The notes beneath the pieces were generated by a model. The model searched no databases. It had not been told where the DNA came from and was given only the letters and a program-made list of their open reading frames with translations. Both the position numbers and the translations under genes were made by a program. Positions 38,901-64,000 of a stretch of DNA of 64,000 bases are shown here, in pieces. This DNA comes from Mytilus edulis (taxonomy: Eukaryota): assembly GCF_963676685.1 (NCBI RefSeq), contig NC_092351.1, positions 13,144,001 to 13,208,000 on the forward strand. Reading direction: 5' to 3'. Positions within the stretch are counted from its first letter, which is position 1, and every line of letters begins with the position of its first letter.

Positions 38901-39180
38901 TCTGGAATGTTTGAACATTTACTAATATATGCATACAAAAAAATTCCTGCTACATCCACTGGCGAATCAAATATTTCAATTTTACACCGGAAATGTGTAC
39001 CCTTTTTTACTTATATTATTCATTTGTCATGAACATAAATGTATCAACCCACCTCAGGTCATGATACGATCTACCTTGACTTATCTAGTAAAGGCAGACA
39101 ATTTAAAAAACTTAACATGGTAAATCATTATGTTATTGCACTGGTAATTATGTAATGTAATCTTGTGTACCAATTAATTT

Positions 39181-50270
<11,090 letters not shown>

Positions 50271-51352
50271 TTTCTTAATCTTTCAGTATTCTCTTCTTTC
50301 TCTCTGAAAACACATACATGTATAATATAATATATTAATATCTGACTATGTAATTCAGTGGTTGTCGTTTGTTTTATGTGTTAAATATTTTTTTTTTTAC
50401 ATTTTTTTATATTTTCTTGTTTGAATTGTTTTACATTGTCTTATCAGGGCCTTTTATAGCTGACTATGCGGTATGGGTTTTGCTCATTGTTGAAGGCTGT
50501 ACGGTGACCTATAGTTGTTAATGTCTGTTTCATTTTGGTCTCTTGTGGACAGTTGTCTAATTGGCAATCATACCGCATCTTCTTTTTTATATGCCAACAT
50601 TGTATAGAAGTGCTTACACCAAGTTTAGGTGTGGAGTAGCCCCAATCCGCATCCAGACAGGGAGATACGGGAATTTAAGATTGCTAGAACGAACTTATTT
50701 TTGCTGTCAAAATGTTTTGTTTTCTTCTAAATTTTCCTAATGTTACGTCATGAAAAAAGGCGACCATGTCTGATGACGTCGCATATAAAGAACACAAGTT
50801 TCTAAAAATCTTTGAAAAAGAAGGATAAAAAACATCAGAGAAACAGATTCCTACACTATAACATTTGTACATTTTGTGTACCGGTAATTTGTTTTAATCA
50901 ATGTGTTATGTATTGCTTTGTAAAAGGTGAGCCGTTAATTATATTATATAACTAAATAAAATATTGTATTGCATTGTATATAAATTTCATACAAACACAT
51001 GATACAGTTTGAAAATAAGGCATCAAGCTTAAATCTTAGGCAAATAGCTAACATTTAGGTACAAGGCTTGAGACTGTCATGACTATTGCCTAAATGATGT
51101 TAGGCATTATTTCTAAATCCAAGGATATAAGCTTAATTATAAACCCTGAAAATGGTGTCCAGGCAATTTGAGCTTTAACTCTGATAGTACCAAAGCTGTA
51201 CTGTTTACGACCATTGTTACTTTGCAGTTTATGGGGCACATCAAAAATTGCAAACATCAACTAAATTGAGTCACCTCTGAAGCACATTTTGAGGAGAGAG
51301 CTCTAATTACAGTTACAAACTTTTGTTAGATGATTTTACCATGTTTACAGAA

Positions 51353-54300
51353 AGGACAATTGGTACAATAAGGGCCAATTTTGGCCCCCTCTTGAAAGAC
51401 ATTAAATTTTATAATTTCAATAGACTAGGGTATAGAAGCTTAAAAAAATGGCATTTTTTTAGGTGATTCTCATTTTTTGGTTGCCTAGCAACAGATTTGA
51501 AACCTGCCAATAATATGCTATTTTAAACCTTATCTAAAAAAAAATCATATTTTCCATATGAATCATAATGTATAATTGTAAAATACATATATGGAAATCT
51601 AAAGCAGTAATGTTATCTATATTAATTGAACGAGTATTTATCAACACCTTAACCCCAGTATGGCCCTTAGCAACAGTAATATATATTAAGCAACAGTAGA
51701 CTTTGGTATATGGTCATGGCTTATGTAAAGAATAATATGTTAACCAAAGCTGTTTCTATTGCTAGGTACTTTCAGGACAATTGTACAAATCTTACAATTT
51801 GTTTGGCTTGTTTTTTCGCTAAGAAACTACCTAGCAACCATAATAACTGCATAGCAATCACCTTTTTCATTTATGATTTACGTTGATGTTGTCTTTTCTA
51901 ATAGTATTTTGTCGTCTAAATAAATGAGCTTTTAAAGATTAATCTATGTCCGACTATGGATGAAAATAGCTTGATGTTCACTTTCAACAAACAACACCCC
52001 CCCCCCCCCCACACTTTTTCCTCCCAAAAAAAATAGCAAATAAATAAATGAATAGACATAATATATTTCCCCACAATCCAACATTTCACGAACTTTATTC
52101 TCAATTGCATGGGCCCTGGGCTCCTTCCCCTCAATACTAGGAAAATCACTGCTGTCAAACTCATAAATTGAAAAAAAACTGACAACGACATGGCTGAAAA
52201 TGAAAAAGACAAACACACAAGCAATAGTACACATGACACAACATATACAACTAAAGAATAAGCAACACGAACCCCACCAAAAACTGGCGGTGATCTCAGG
52301 TGCTCCAAAATCAAATATCTTAATACACCATCAGATTCAGCTCATCAAAAGAACCGCAAGAATTTTATTTTGGTAAAACCAAAAAAATATAATTTTGGAC
52401 CCTTGAGACCTCATTGTAGGCCTCATATGAAATCGGGCCCAAAATAGACAAATATATATTCAGGGATATATTTGGCATACATGTTAATGTTTGATGAAAT
52501 TAAACAAAGTTTAATTTTGGACTTTAGACCTCACGTTTAGAACAATTTAAACACGGGGCCTTGAATCCAAAAACATAAAAACACAGTTAGATGCAGCATT
52601 TTAAAGAACCCCCGGAATTAAATCCCATTGAAATTGGTCAAGAAATAAACAACAAACACCAAACAACAACATATGATAATATTATACGGACGCAAACATT
52701 TTCCCGGTCGCTTAAAAAGTGATCTGATCTTTGAATACAAAAATCATTAAGTCTTTAATGATATACAACAAAACAACTATACCATGTATACTATTAACTG
52801 AGAACAGACACAAGACATTCCATGTATTGCATTATGTTGCGCTCATGGTTTACATTTTCAGGATGCCAATTTCATATTTGTAAAAAGACAGGGAAATGGT
52901 TAGATGTAAAGTTATCAATTGAAAAAGAGTTTGCGAGTAATATATATATTATAGCAAACATTACATATCATAATGATCAGATTGGCCATGATTTTTTTAT
53001 ACCTTTTTATCATGTCATGATTATTATTTATTTTAACTTTAAAATATAAAAATCATTTTGAAAGGACATCTGTCTGCTATCCATTGACAAAAGTTACACA
53101 CTTAAAAATTCATGTGCGTTTGAAACTACATGATGTATATAGATAAGTACTTCCTTATTTTAAGTTAAATATTATTTTTTCAAAAAGCCTCTACAGCTTT
53201 TTTTTTGTTAAAAACAAAATTACCCAGAAACAGCAGAAATCAGCGGCCTATAAAGAAACACTGTAAGTGAGACTAGAACCGCGAAGAATGTCCCTAAACA
53301 TCCCATTGAAAAATACTAAAAAAGAATGTGTATTGACAACCAACTAAATTGATAGCTATTATAATCAAAACAAATACTCCAGCCATTCTATCTCGTTGAA
53401 ATATTTTTAAATATTATTAGAAGAAAAATGTATTGGACAAAAATATACACAGTATGAGATTCGAACGTAAATCGCGGCATTCAAAAGCCGACGCGATACC
53501 ACTACACTACGTTGTCTCAAATGTGGTAAATGTATGTATTTATAGGCATACTGTAAAGTCATGAATTTTTTGATAGAAATGAAAAAAGAAATCAGGGAGT
53601 CCCGACTTGGGCTAACTACCTCCCTGGGACTACCTCTCCATTTGTTTCCTTTATATGAGAAGATGTGTACTCTAAACAAAAAAGATTCATGTTAATATAA
53701 AACAGAATTAACTTGTTCTTTTCGGCGGTGGTATTTTGCAAAGTCGTATGCAATTACAGACTCGACCAAAGGTATCTTGTCCCGAATTTACACATTATTC
53801 TAAAGAACCCAAAAAAGGAAAAACAAATTATTCAAACTTTTTTTGTTTTATTTTATGAGGGGGACACTTGCAAAACGCCTGTTTATCGTGTGTGCCGAGT
53901 GCGTATACGTATGTTTTCACTATGTACAAAATGATGTAAGGTGTTGATTTAAATCGATAAAACACACTCCACCTTGATATAAAGATAAAAAATACAATTT
54001 GAAACTGAATGATGGCAAAATCATACAACTGAAAACCTTAAGCACCTATCGAAGTATTCTTGCTTTAGTTGAGGGTGTCTTGCCGTAACAGCCGAATGAG
54101 GATATTTTCAGCTCTTTCTGCGACTTCGATCCGATACTACTGTTTTGACACAAATTGTTGTTTTTTTACGAGAGATTTTTTAAATTTTTTAGCACCTCCG
54201 CCAACGTGAGCCAAGAATTTCTTTTCATATTTGGAAAACCCTGTTTGTATGCCATCTTTATCACTAATTATTACCGTGGCTCACGTTGGCGGAGGCCTTT

Positions 54301-54531
54301 AAAAACGAAGGATTGCAGTCCACAAATGGACATTTTTCTATCTTTTGACGTTATCAACACACTTTAGCCAACCCAAAATCAGGTTTCTGCCATACTAGAA
54401 GACAAATTGGGCATGTGGTATTGAAGAACATATATATTAAGATATTTTATGATGCTCAGTTCATTTATAAGATGCAAATGATTTTTTGACAAAATAGGGG
54501 GTCAAATACGGCCCTTAGTGTACCTTGTCCT
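51353..54531. mobile_element. Old Kolobok-like non-autonomous element (about 3.2 kb) carrying nested insertions
   Basis: Left end AGGACAATTGGTACAATAAGGGCCAATTTTGGCCCCC; right end reverse complement AGGACAAGGTACACTAAGGGCCGTATTTGACCCCC; TSD degraded. Confidence 0.55.
53450..53515 (-). pseudogene. Degenerate tRNA-like sequence (Gln-TTG-like)
   Basis: GTAGTGTAGTGGTATC (A box), CGGC TTTTGAAT GCCG anticodon arm, GTTCGAATC (B box); T stem and acceptor stem broken. Confidence 0.5.
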
Positions 54532-54642
54532 TTATTGTTTGCATCTGAGTTTGATTAGAAATTCATAAATTTGACCTGTTCTCTTGGGATAACATGGGTT
54601 TCACTCCTTCTCCCTTCCCATTGAAAATAAGAATTTGGAGTA

Positions 54643-56060
54643 TAGACATTAGACATTAGACATTTATAGACATTATTTTATTAAACCAATCATGGGCCCT
54701 TGTCGGGCAAGATACAAAAACATCATACAATGATTATATAAACATTAATGAAATACACAATATTATAAGTAATACACAAATAATAAATTGATGATATGAG
54801 CAATGTAGGATATAATTAAGGTAAGAGGCATTGAGTGCAATGAGGTCGATTTAATATTAAAAGAATATGATATAAAGTTTATTAATACGGAAACAAAAAG
54901 TAAAAATAGAACCAGGAATATAGTATCTCATTCTGCAGTAGTTCTCCTCATGACCAGTGCACAGCAGTGAGGGACTTTTACATCACAACAATGCAAAGGT
55001 CATCAAGGGGAGATCCTTCAGAACTAGCTACAGATACATGAGATAACTCCAATAGTGATTCTCCTCATGATTAATGCACAGCAGCAAGGGTTGACATTGC
55101 TACTGGGCAATATTCATCAAGGGACGGTGCTCTAGAACTCACTATAGAGAAAATATAAAGTTCAAATTACAAGTAGTAGAGGGAGATAAATCCCATTAAC
55201 ACTTTTCATATTTCTTAATGAACATGCATAATTCTGATAATAAATTCTCATCTTCATTATTCATTAACCATATCAGTTTTTGGTTAAGGTCAAGATTTAT
55301 AAAATTCTTGCAGCAATTATTTATCATTGTTATCATGTCTTTCCTTTGGTCCGATAAACTATCACAGTTGAAAAGAAAATGTGTTTCATCTTCGACCTCA
55401 TTACTACAACATCTCTTACAAATTCTATTGTGTCGGGAGTATTACTATATCTACCTCTCTCTATAAGTAAATGGTGAGCAGATATGCGAAATCTTGTTAG
55501 ACTCCGTCTATCTTCAAATTTTTTAACAATATTAAGATATTTTTCACAACCAAAATTTGATTTAAAGGTAACATATGTCATGTATGTGCATAGTTTTCCT
55601 TCTGAGTGAGTTTTGAGATTTTTTTCCCAATCTTTCAACATGGCATTTCTTAGTTTTCCGTTGTCAATTGGTTTAGCCGTGTCTGAGGATATTGGATAAT
55701 TATTAATCAGTGAAAGAAGTTTTTCAGATGACATATACCACGACGGTTTCTTTGACTCATACAATTTTTTTGATTCTATAAATGCTTTATATAACAATGG
55801 AAAGTTAGTGTCTGATTTTTCTAGTCTGTAATAGTATTTAGTCATTGCTTTAATCATGTTAAAATATATTGGTAGTCTTCCCAACTCAGTTAATACTGCA
55901 AAATTGGTACTTTTTTTTGGAGCTCCAAGAATAAATTTACAGAATTTAGTATGAAGTTTTTCAGCAGGTAATTTAGAGTAAATATGGTCAAATGAAAAAA
56001 TTCCATTTCTATATTTAGATGACATTGGATTAAAAGCACCCCATATCTCAGAGCTGTATA
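54643..56060 (-). mobile_element. 5'-truncated non-LTR retrotransposon (CR1/L2-group-like): ORF2 C-terminus, 3'UTR and tandem-repeat tail
   Basis: YSSEIWG...KLHTKFCKFILGAPKKSTNFAVLTELGRLP...RRSLTRFRISAHHLLIERGRY, then a frameshift into CKRCCSNEVEDETHFLFNC (Cys/His motif). The 3' end has AATAAA followed by (AATGTCT)n at about 54643-54675. Confidence 0.85.
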
Positions 56061-56582
56061 TGTGTCAAATGCACATATTTTTTGTCAACCTATGCTATTT
56101 TTCATACAATTCATTAACATGATTAAAATGCATGAACTACAAGTAAAACAGATATATAATATATAATACTAATATCCCTTGTAAATATTTTTCTAACTGG
56201 GTTTGACAATGTTTGAACGACTTTGTAAGACCAGATGAGGTTATTACTTTATGGCTTCAAATGGCCATTTTCAGATGGGATGGAAATGAAACACATAATC
56301 ATATTAAGTATCAAACATGTCAAACAAAAACATGCACATGTACATGTGACAAGTTATATTTGCAACAATCTGCATGTTTATTTATACAGATGAATTGTTA
56401 TTAAATTACATAATAACTTTCACCAATCATGCAGGTGCAACAACATGAATTCTTTATTCAGTGCCAGTATTGCAAAGGAAAGATCGTGATTCTAGCATTC
56501 TAGAGGAAAGGCTATATATACTATAGGGGGGGGGGGGGGGGGGGGGGGGTTTAGCCGATAGCCATGATTGCTATCATATACA

Positions 56583-56705
56583 CAGTGGCGGATCCAGCCA
56601 TTTGAAAAAGGGGGGGTTCCAACTTTATGGCCCCATTTAAATGCATTGATCGTCCAAAAAAAGGGGGGTTCCAACCCCCGAAACCTCCCCCTGGATCCGC
56701 CACTG
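56583..56705. mobile_element. Small MITE with CAGTGGCGGATCCAG TIRs (inverted related copy at about 59038-59151)
   Basis: ATACA|CAGTGGCGGATCCAG...CTGGATCCGCCACTG|ATACA. Confidence 0.85.
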
Positions 56706-58178
56706 ATACAGTGTCGGATAAAAGCTCTACAGAGCTTATGTTGTATTGTTATATGTATAACCGACTTTAAATAAATCTTTTATGCTTTATGCAGTTAAAA
56801 AAGACGTCTGATCGGACTTCGTCCTCTTTCATTCAGAGAGGTGTTAACCAGATCGATCTTGTCTATCTATTAGTCTAAAGTGCAGTTGGGCTGACAAAAG
56901 AAGACCAGACTAGTTGACTTATAATAGTCTGGACTAAAAAACTTACAGATCTAAATTAATTTAAAGTTGTTCCCATTATTTTTTGTTGACAAATTGTCAA
57001 ATGATAAGAAATTGCTAAAAGAAAACAAACTCGGAATAGGTCGTTACTATATTCCGGATTAAAAGTGTTTTAACTAGGATTACTAAGTCTTACTATAAAT
57101 ATCCTTGGTTCTAAACACTTATAAATATCGTGTGTATGTAATTTCAGTATACAACAGAATTCAGTAGGATGTAGAAAAATAATCGGTATTTTTTGTGATT
57201 TTCAAGACTAGTAAAACTATAGGGCTAGGGCAAAAAAGGGGATGGCCAAGGAGACAAAAACTTGTCTAATGATTAGACAGTATCAGAGACTTACTTACTT
57301 GTAGCTGATATTTAAAAAGTTATAATAGCAATATGCAGACAACCTGGTAATTGGTATATACATGTACATGTATGACACATTTTTAGTCAATTATAATTCT
57401 TCTTCCTCTGTCTTTATTTTCTGTGTTTGTAGTTTTATAGACTAATTTTTGGTTTTTGTTTCCCCACCTTGTTAGTTGCCTTTCAACGATAATCTTATTG
57501 TAACTCAGTGCATTGGTTTAAAAAATCAGACAAAAAGAAGATCGGTAAGCAAGTTTATTATTTGTAATTATTATTTTGATACTGAAAAGTCCCGGATAGT
57601 TTACATCACAGTGATAGTGAAAACTAATAAATAATAATGTCATTACAACATTAATAAATGTACATAAATAGAAAGGACATGTATATACGCAACTGAGTTC
57701 AAGTCAAGTGTTATATTTTTGGGTATATTTTAAACTTCAATTCTTAAATTTCAAGCTTAGTAATATAATACTCAACTCAATCTAAAATCACCATATTTTT
57801 ATCAAGCTAACAAGTCGGTCATTGATTTTAATGACAACAGATAAAAATGGATTGAACAATATCTGTGAGCGCTCGCATAGATGTACACATAACAAATTAA
57901 AGAAAAAAATAGTAACTGTTCTGAAATTTGAACAGCTTTTATCCGAACATACAGATGTTGTGTAATTTACGTAAATGTATTTTAATGCAATCATTGTTTC
58001 CCGTAATTTCTAGCCATTTTTTTAACCATATTGCTTCATGTATTTACTTGCACAAGCTTTTACTTATAGATATATCGGTCACCATGTTACATAGATATTT
58101 CAGACTAAATGTTTCAATGACAAATTTCATGCCTTATCTGTATCCCACTTCTGGATGTGTTCAGTAATCTTAAACACA

Positions 58179-58430
58179 ATGGCCGCATACATTAATTCTT
58201 ATATGTTCTGGTTCGGAATATTTTCATTTCTTACTCTTAACTGCTGTAAAGCAACTGAGAGCAAACGACTTCTGATAGACGATCCAAGTTATGTCCAATC
58301 ACAACTTCATCAGATAAATATTGATATTCAGGATGTAAAGACAAAGCTGGCGGAGAAAGATATTAATCTGATACAAATGCAAAACGTCATTCATGGACTT
58401 GCTGATAGACTTAACCAAAAGGATAACCAG
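58179..58430 (+). CDS. Probable first coding exon of a secreted protein (signal peptide plus coiled coil); downstream exons not identified
   Basis: MAAYINSYMFWFGIFSFLTLNCCKA is a hydrophobic signal-like segment. It is followed by ESKRLLIDDP and heptad-like QLHQINIDIQDVKTKLAEKDINLIQMQNVIHGLADRLNQKDNQ, ending at a CAG|GTACAG donor. Without splicing the frame stops at 58442. Confidence 0.6.
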
Positions 58431-59334
58431 GTACAGATATAAAGCACAAATTCAACAATACCTTTTAAAATATTTTGTAAACCAAATCTGTGTCGTTTTA
58501 CCTGGTCAAGCTGTCCCAATTATGATCGAGAAATGCTATTCTTTTTATACACGCGTTCAAAAGGCTCCACAAAACAGCCTCTTACCACTGAACTACATCT
58601 CATAGACTAACTGATTATATCAAAATTTGTTTTGCTATGTAACAAGCTGAACAACAAAACCTGTTTTAAGTTATACAACATTATTAATCATGTTAAAAGA
58701 TACATTTTTTTTGCAAATGAAACTTGACTGCTACTTTTAAATCTCTTGCACGCTCTTTTTGTGAACTATTCTTATTATTTATCTACTGGTGTATCAATTT
58801 TAAACCTGGCCGGATGGCTGTAGGCGCGATTAAAACCCGTTCACATCAAACATGTCAAATACCTTTATCATGAATTTATAAAAACAGTACATATTGTATA
58901 TTATTTCTTCTTTTATTAAAAAATCTTGAATTTGTCGTCTGTTTATTTATCATTCTACATAAAAAAAAATCATCACGGAAACAGTGAAAAAGACATTTCA
59001 GGATTCGAACATTACATACACTGATACACTCACCCCTAATGGCGGATCCAGGGGGGGGGGGGGGAGGGCCGGAACCCCCCTTTTTTCTTGGACGATCAAT
59101 GCATTTAAATGGGGACATGTAGTTGGACCTCCCCTTTTGTCCTCGCCACTGCACCCCTGTAATTGACGGGATGAATATGGAATGACTCCCACTTCTCTCT
59201 CCCTTACATTTTTTTTTGTCAGTGAGGCATAGATTATCCCTTGTTTCCTACCCTCTTCAAATGGTTCCCGTTCCTGTAATTAAGGGGTGAACCTTTAATT
59301 TTTTGTGCAACAAAGAAATTTTCTATAACTACAC

Positions 59335-59475
59335 TCGTCACCTGCTTTCCATACAACTCCCAAATCCCTCTAACCTAACACCCACTCATTCCCAAGCCTC
59401 GATTCAAGAATCATGTCCACCTCAGGGGCGGATTAGGGAGTGGAAGGTCCGAGGATTGGAACCCCCCTTTTCTCC
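59335..59475 (+). repeat. Local dispersed direct repeat (partner at about 61200-61340)
   Basis: CGTCACCTG...CCCTCTAAC...CACTCATTCCCAAGCCTCGAT...GGGAGTGGAA...TTGGAACCCCC occurs in both. Confidence 0.7.
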
Positions 59476-61589
59476 AGTATGAAATGTATAAAATCACCCG
59501 TAATGTTTTCTTAAACCCTTGAAGGTAGCCAGAATTAACCGTTATTTTTTACTATAAATCCTTTCAGACTTGAAATAGGACTATTATTCATATCATTTGT
59601 TATTATGATTTATCCCTTTTTATTGCATTTTGATACATACAAACATTTTTTAATGATTTTGGGAGGTGTATATTGGTTTTATAATAAAAAAAAATTCACC
59701 AAAAGGAAACGTAACATTTTTTAAGTCAATGGTGTTACCAAAGGACAAATTAGTAGGATAAAAGTTATCTTTCGCAAGATTTTGGCATTTACAACAGTTT
59801 CTCCCTTAGCAATGTTACCTGTAAGCATGTTGTACAAAAGAAAACAAACAATCATGTTGAAGATTTAGTGAAAAAATCGTAAATTTAAAGTAAGTAAAGG
59901 TTATATCGTAATTGGAAATAGTGTCCATGGTGTACCCTTTATAAAAATCATTTTTTGAAAACATTTCCTTAACTTTGAATAATGAAACATATTGATTATA
60001 GAAACATGCACCAGTAAAAACATATAGAATAGCGGAATGAAGCATTTATTTCGTAACTGAATCTTAAAATACACCTTAAATCATTGGTGTTACTGTCAAT
60101 GGTGAGACCATTTTGTTAAAATAACACCATTGACCAGACGAGTTTAGAAACACCACTGAATATATCATGACAATCAGCATTGTTTTGTGTTTCTTTCATA
60201 TTTAACAAGCTAAACATCATATTATTTATGAAAAACAATACTTATATTTAACAATTTTTTAACAATAGCATGTATTACATATACACAGTTTTCACAAACT
60301 GATGTATGCTGGTAACACCAATGACACTAGTTAGTAACACTTTTGACATTTTTAGTAATGGATGTTATGTTATATAATTTGAGATTTTTTAGCCTAAGAA
60401 TTATTTTTTCATCTTTTTCTTTTGCTCGGTGATCTTGGCCTTGCGTTCAGTACTTGATAAAGGTAAAATTTGAAATGTGATGTCATTGGTGATACTTTTG
60501 TGTCAATGGAGTTACTGAAGGGTCAGTGGTGTTACTATATAAAAATGCGACATTTTTTTAATTTCTATTCATAAATGAAAGTGTTTTTAGGTCGTGTACG
60601 AAGGATTAGGTATATTTTATCATTTAATCTTATACAATTCACATATATTCAGTTTAAGTGTATTTTTTAGTATTTACAACGGCCATAATTAGGACAGCCA
60701 ACTTTTTTACGACAATGTATTCAGAAATTTATGTTTAAATAGAATGCACAGCTATATGAATAATGTCAATAAGTCGTAATTTAAACCTAAACAACAAATT
60801 GGAACAGTTGTTTGATGTTAAACAATAATATTTAGTACCTAAATGTATGCTTTAAATTGGTAACACCATTGACACGATTCTTTCAAAGGATGACCTAAAA
60901 TTGTTAAAATTGAAGAAACTCTTCATTTTTCCCATTGCATATTTCTGAATATCGTTGCTACCATATTATAGAATAGCGGGACACATTTAAAAGTTTTAAA
61001 CAATGACATAATTTTTCAAAATATTACCTCGTTGAAATTTGCACTTTTTTTTTTATAATGACCCGTATATGTACAATACACTTGGGATCCTCTTCACCTG
61101 GTCCCCGTCCCTATAATTGAGAGGTGAGCATGGGTTAGTTCCCACTTCCATCACCCTTTTGTTTTATGAAGCATATATTTTTTTTCTATTTTACTACCCG
61201 CGTCACCTGGTTCCCGCCCGACTCCCAATTCCCTCTAACATAACTCTCACTCATTCCCAAGCCTCGATCCAAGATCAAGTCCACCACAAGGGCGGATGAG
61301 GGAGTGGAAAGTCCAAGGGTTGGAACCCCCTTTTCTCCTTGGTTGGGAACCCCCTTTACAAAATGCCTGGATCCACCAGCTCGTATTTGTTATCATTATT
61401 GATATATGTACAATACTCTACTAGGGATAACATATTTAATATTTGAATCAAATAGGAATAATAGCTTAATAAAATCTTCCGTATGAAAGACATTAATTGT
61501 CATCCGCAGCCAAGCCGTATGATGACAGCATGATGACCATAATTTAATAATTACCACTACTACAGCTAAGGGTAACAGTTATATATAGA

Positions 61590-62899
61590 CAGGGGCGGAT
61601 CCAGGATTTCCGATTAGGGGGGGCGCAAAGTTTTATATTCGCCGAGCGGAGCGAGGCTAAATTTATTTTGAGGTTAAATTATTGAAATATTCTTCTAAAG
61701 GGGTGCAATGTAGGTATTTCGAACTATTGTGAGGTAAAATTAGCGAGAAATGTTAAAAAGTTTCAAGCAGAAACCACCTAAATCTACCCTGCCAACAATC
61801 TACAATCACTAAAGACTGACTTATGGATGGATGGACAGAGGTAACACAATATGTTCCTGTTCCGCGAAGAACCTTAGAGTTATGATGGCATAATCTCCTA
61901 CAAATTAGAAAAATCTAAAACAATTTCCAAACACCCCTTACTAACACAATAAGATATTGATATTGCACATATGAGTTTATAAAGCTACAGTTTTAAAGCT
62001 GCAGCCCAAAAAACAGAAGATCATGCGAACATTTTAATTTGATTTTGTGTTCCAATGCAAGCCAATCTAAAACCAAGACACCAGCACTTGTTGTAAAATT
62101 ATCTGTATAGCAATACCAGGTAATACATATCTCAACTTATCCTTGAAAGACATGGTGCTGGTAGTTGTCTAAGCCAATTGTACATGGTTTCAATAATGTG
62201 AAATGAAACCGTTTCACTAAAAAATTGCTCTAACACTCCATTACATCAGCTTGCTTAAGACGATGGCAATGTAAAGAGTTGAGATAGACAGCTCACCTTG
62301 ACCAATACTAGTATTAGATTTTGCAAACAAAAATTTATACTTTTCTCCGTGATTTTGAATTGTTCTTTCATAGTATCTGTTTATACTTTTTTTTTATTTT
62401 CGGAGGTCGTACCAGACTTTATATTTACTGTGTTCACCACAAACCATTAAAATCAGAATGAGATGCATTTACGTAGTTATGTTTATTTTCTGGGGATCCC
62501 ATGCATTTAATACAGTACATAATTCGGCAAACTTTCAGGTTGCAAGTAAAAAATATATAAAGACACAGAGAAACAAATTATAAACTAACATTTCGCTTGA
62601 AACAGTATTTCTATATATCTTTCATTAAGGACATTACATGTAAGAAAGAATCTCACATAGACAGCTCCGCTTTTGACACCTTTCTTTGAAGTATATAATA
62701 TTTATAGAACTTGAATAAATCGTAGGTCAGTTAATTAGTTATCACGTTGATTCTATTAAACTGACTGTTTTATATACTTTGAATTGTTCAAAAAGATGGA
62801 ATGGTCTCTTCTGATACTTAAAAAAGTTTGAAGACTACCCATGCTTTGCAAATTTAGGGGGGCACACGCCCGCCACGCCCCCGCCTAAATCCGCCCATG
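61590..62899. mobile_element. Non-autonomous TIR element related to 56583-56705
   Basis: ATAGA|CAGGGGCGGATCCAGG...CCTAAATCCGCCCATG|ATAGA. Confidence 0.75.
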
Positions 62900-64000
62900 A
62901 TAGACCATATCAGTCGACTGGCAAAAATCTCAAATGCTGTTTGTCAGTAACTTCGACATATATTACAAGTAAAACCAATTAAAATAAACGTTTAATGAAA
63001 AATAAATAAAAATTAAAAACCAATTCTTCAGAGAACAATTGAAGGTCTTTCCACCTCGATAATAAGAATGAAATTTAAAAAACGATGTTAGAAAATGTCA
63101 CTCCTTGTTGATGTTATTTAGGATATGCCATTGACATTCAACCTAGACCTCAATTTCAAGGTCATTAGTCAGTGAACTCAAATCGAAAGACCCGAGGTCA
63201 ATCACTTGTGTGGTTGTGGAGAAATACTGATTTCAAATACATAAGGGGAGAAAACTCCTATAAGAGTTAACAAAAACACTCCGACTTAAAAATATGATGA
63301 AGTTGCGCCTTATTGTAAACAGTTATTTGACAAACACATCATATCATTAACTGTTACAGTTTCTTTTTAATAACGATAACCAGCTCAATTCAAAATTTAT
63401 AACATGACCTTGACCTTTGACCTTGACCTCAATTTCCTTCAAATGGACCAAGGACTTCATATCAAAAGACTGTAGGCCTCTACGACTTATAACGTATGAA
63501 TTTATCCAACATATCGCCTATCTTAAATTTTCAAAGCGAAATAACTCCCATAAGATGTCTTCCGATCACTCCAGTTTAAATTAACCAAATCATTCTTAAG
63601 AGTAGACAAACAATTTCATGAAAACAGTTTGTTAAAATCTTTTACGGTTTTAGAGATATAGCGATAACAAGAAAAAGGGGGCGGGGGAGATAACTCCTAT
63701 AAGAAAAAGTGTTCGGTCACACTGGGTGAGCTTTGAACCCCCATTACTGAACAACATCATTGGCCAAAAATCCACTCGATATGTTCTAAAACAAAAAAGC
63801 ATCTCAGACGACAGAAGAAAAAAAATAATTAGAAGAAGAAAAACAAAATGTCTTTAGTGGAAAGACCTTATTAAACTACATAGGGGGTCATTTGAAATGG
63901 ATTATGCTCCCACTCAGGGGCACCCAGAGGGTATCCTGTCCACAAGTACCTGTGGTTCATATTGTCGTTTATATTGTTGTTAAATAGTATGGTTAATTTC

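Noticed and set aside
53450-53515. Functional tRNA-Gln gene
   Set aside because: The T stem and acceptor stem do not pair and the anticodon arm is irregular; kept only as a relic.
56526-56549. Poly-G run as a regulatory G-quadruplex
   Set aside because: Simple homopolymer next to a MITE, with no supporting context.
59675-61063. Possible TIR element with dispersed AATGGTGTTAC motifs
   Set aside because: The ends are too degenerate to define TIRs or a TSD confidently.

Overview
AT-rich, intron-containing animal DNA. The repeat content suggests a bivalve, probably a mytilid mussel (inference, not verified). The minus strand carries the 5' part of GUF1 (mitochondrial EF-4/LepA), which runs off the left edge, followed by a tandem array of three intact TMEM144-like membrane transporter paralogues reconstructed exon by exon (412, 398 and about 408 aa). 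Further right are a 5'-truncated non-LTR retrotransposon and the probable first exon of a plus-strand secreted coiled-coil protein. Introns hold many non-autonomous elements. The main hidden signal is a set of type I hammerhead ribozymes from two related repeat families. One locus is a complete retrozyme-like unit, with two hammerheads exactly 350 nt apart (16363-16853). All recognised copies lie antisense to the host genes, and the two families also share a conserved structured RNA core. Most ORFs in the supplied track are spurious or are exon read-throughs.
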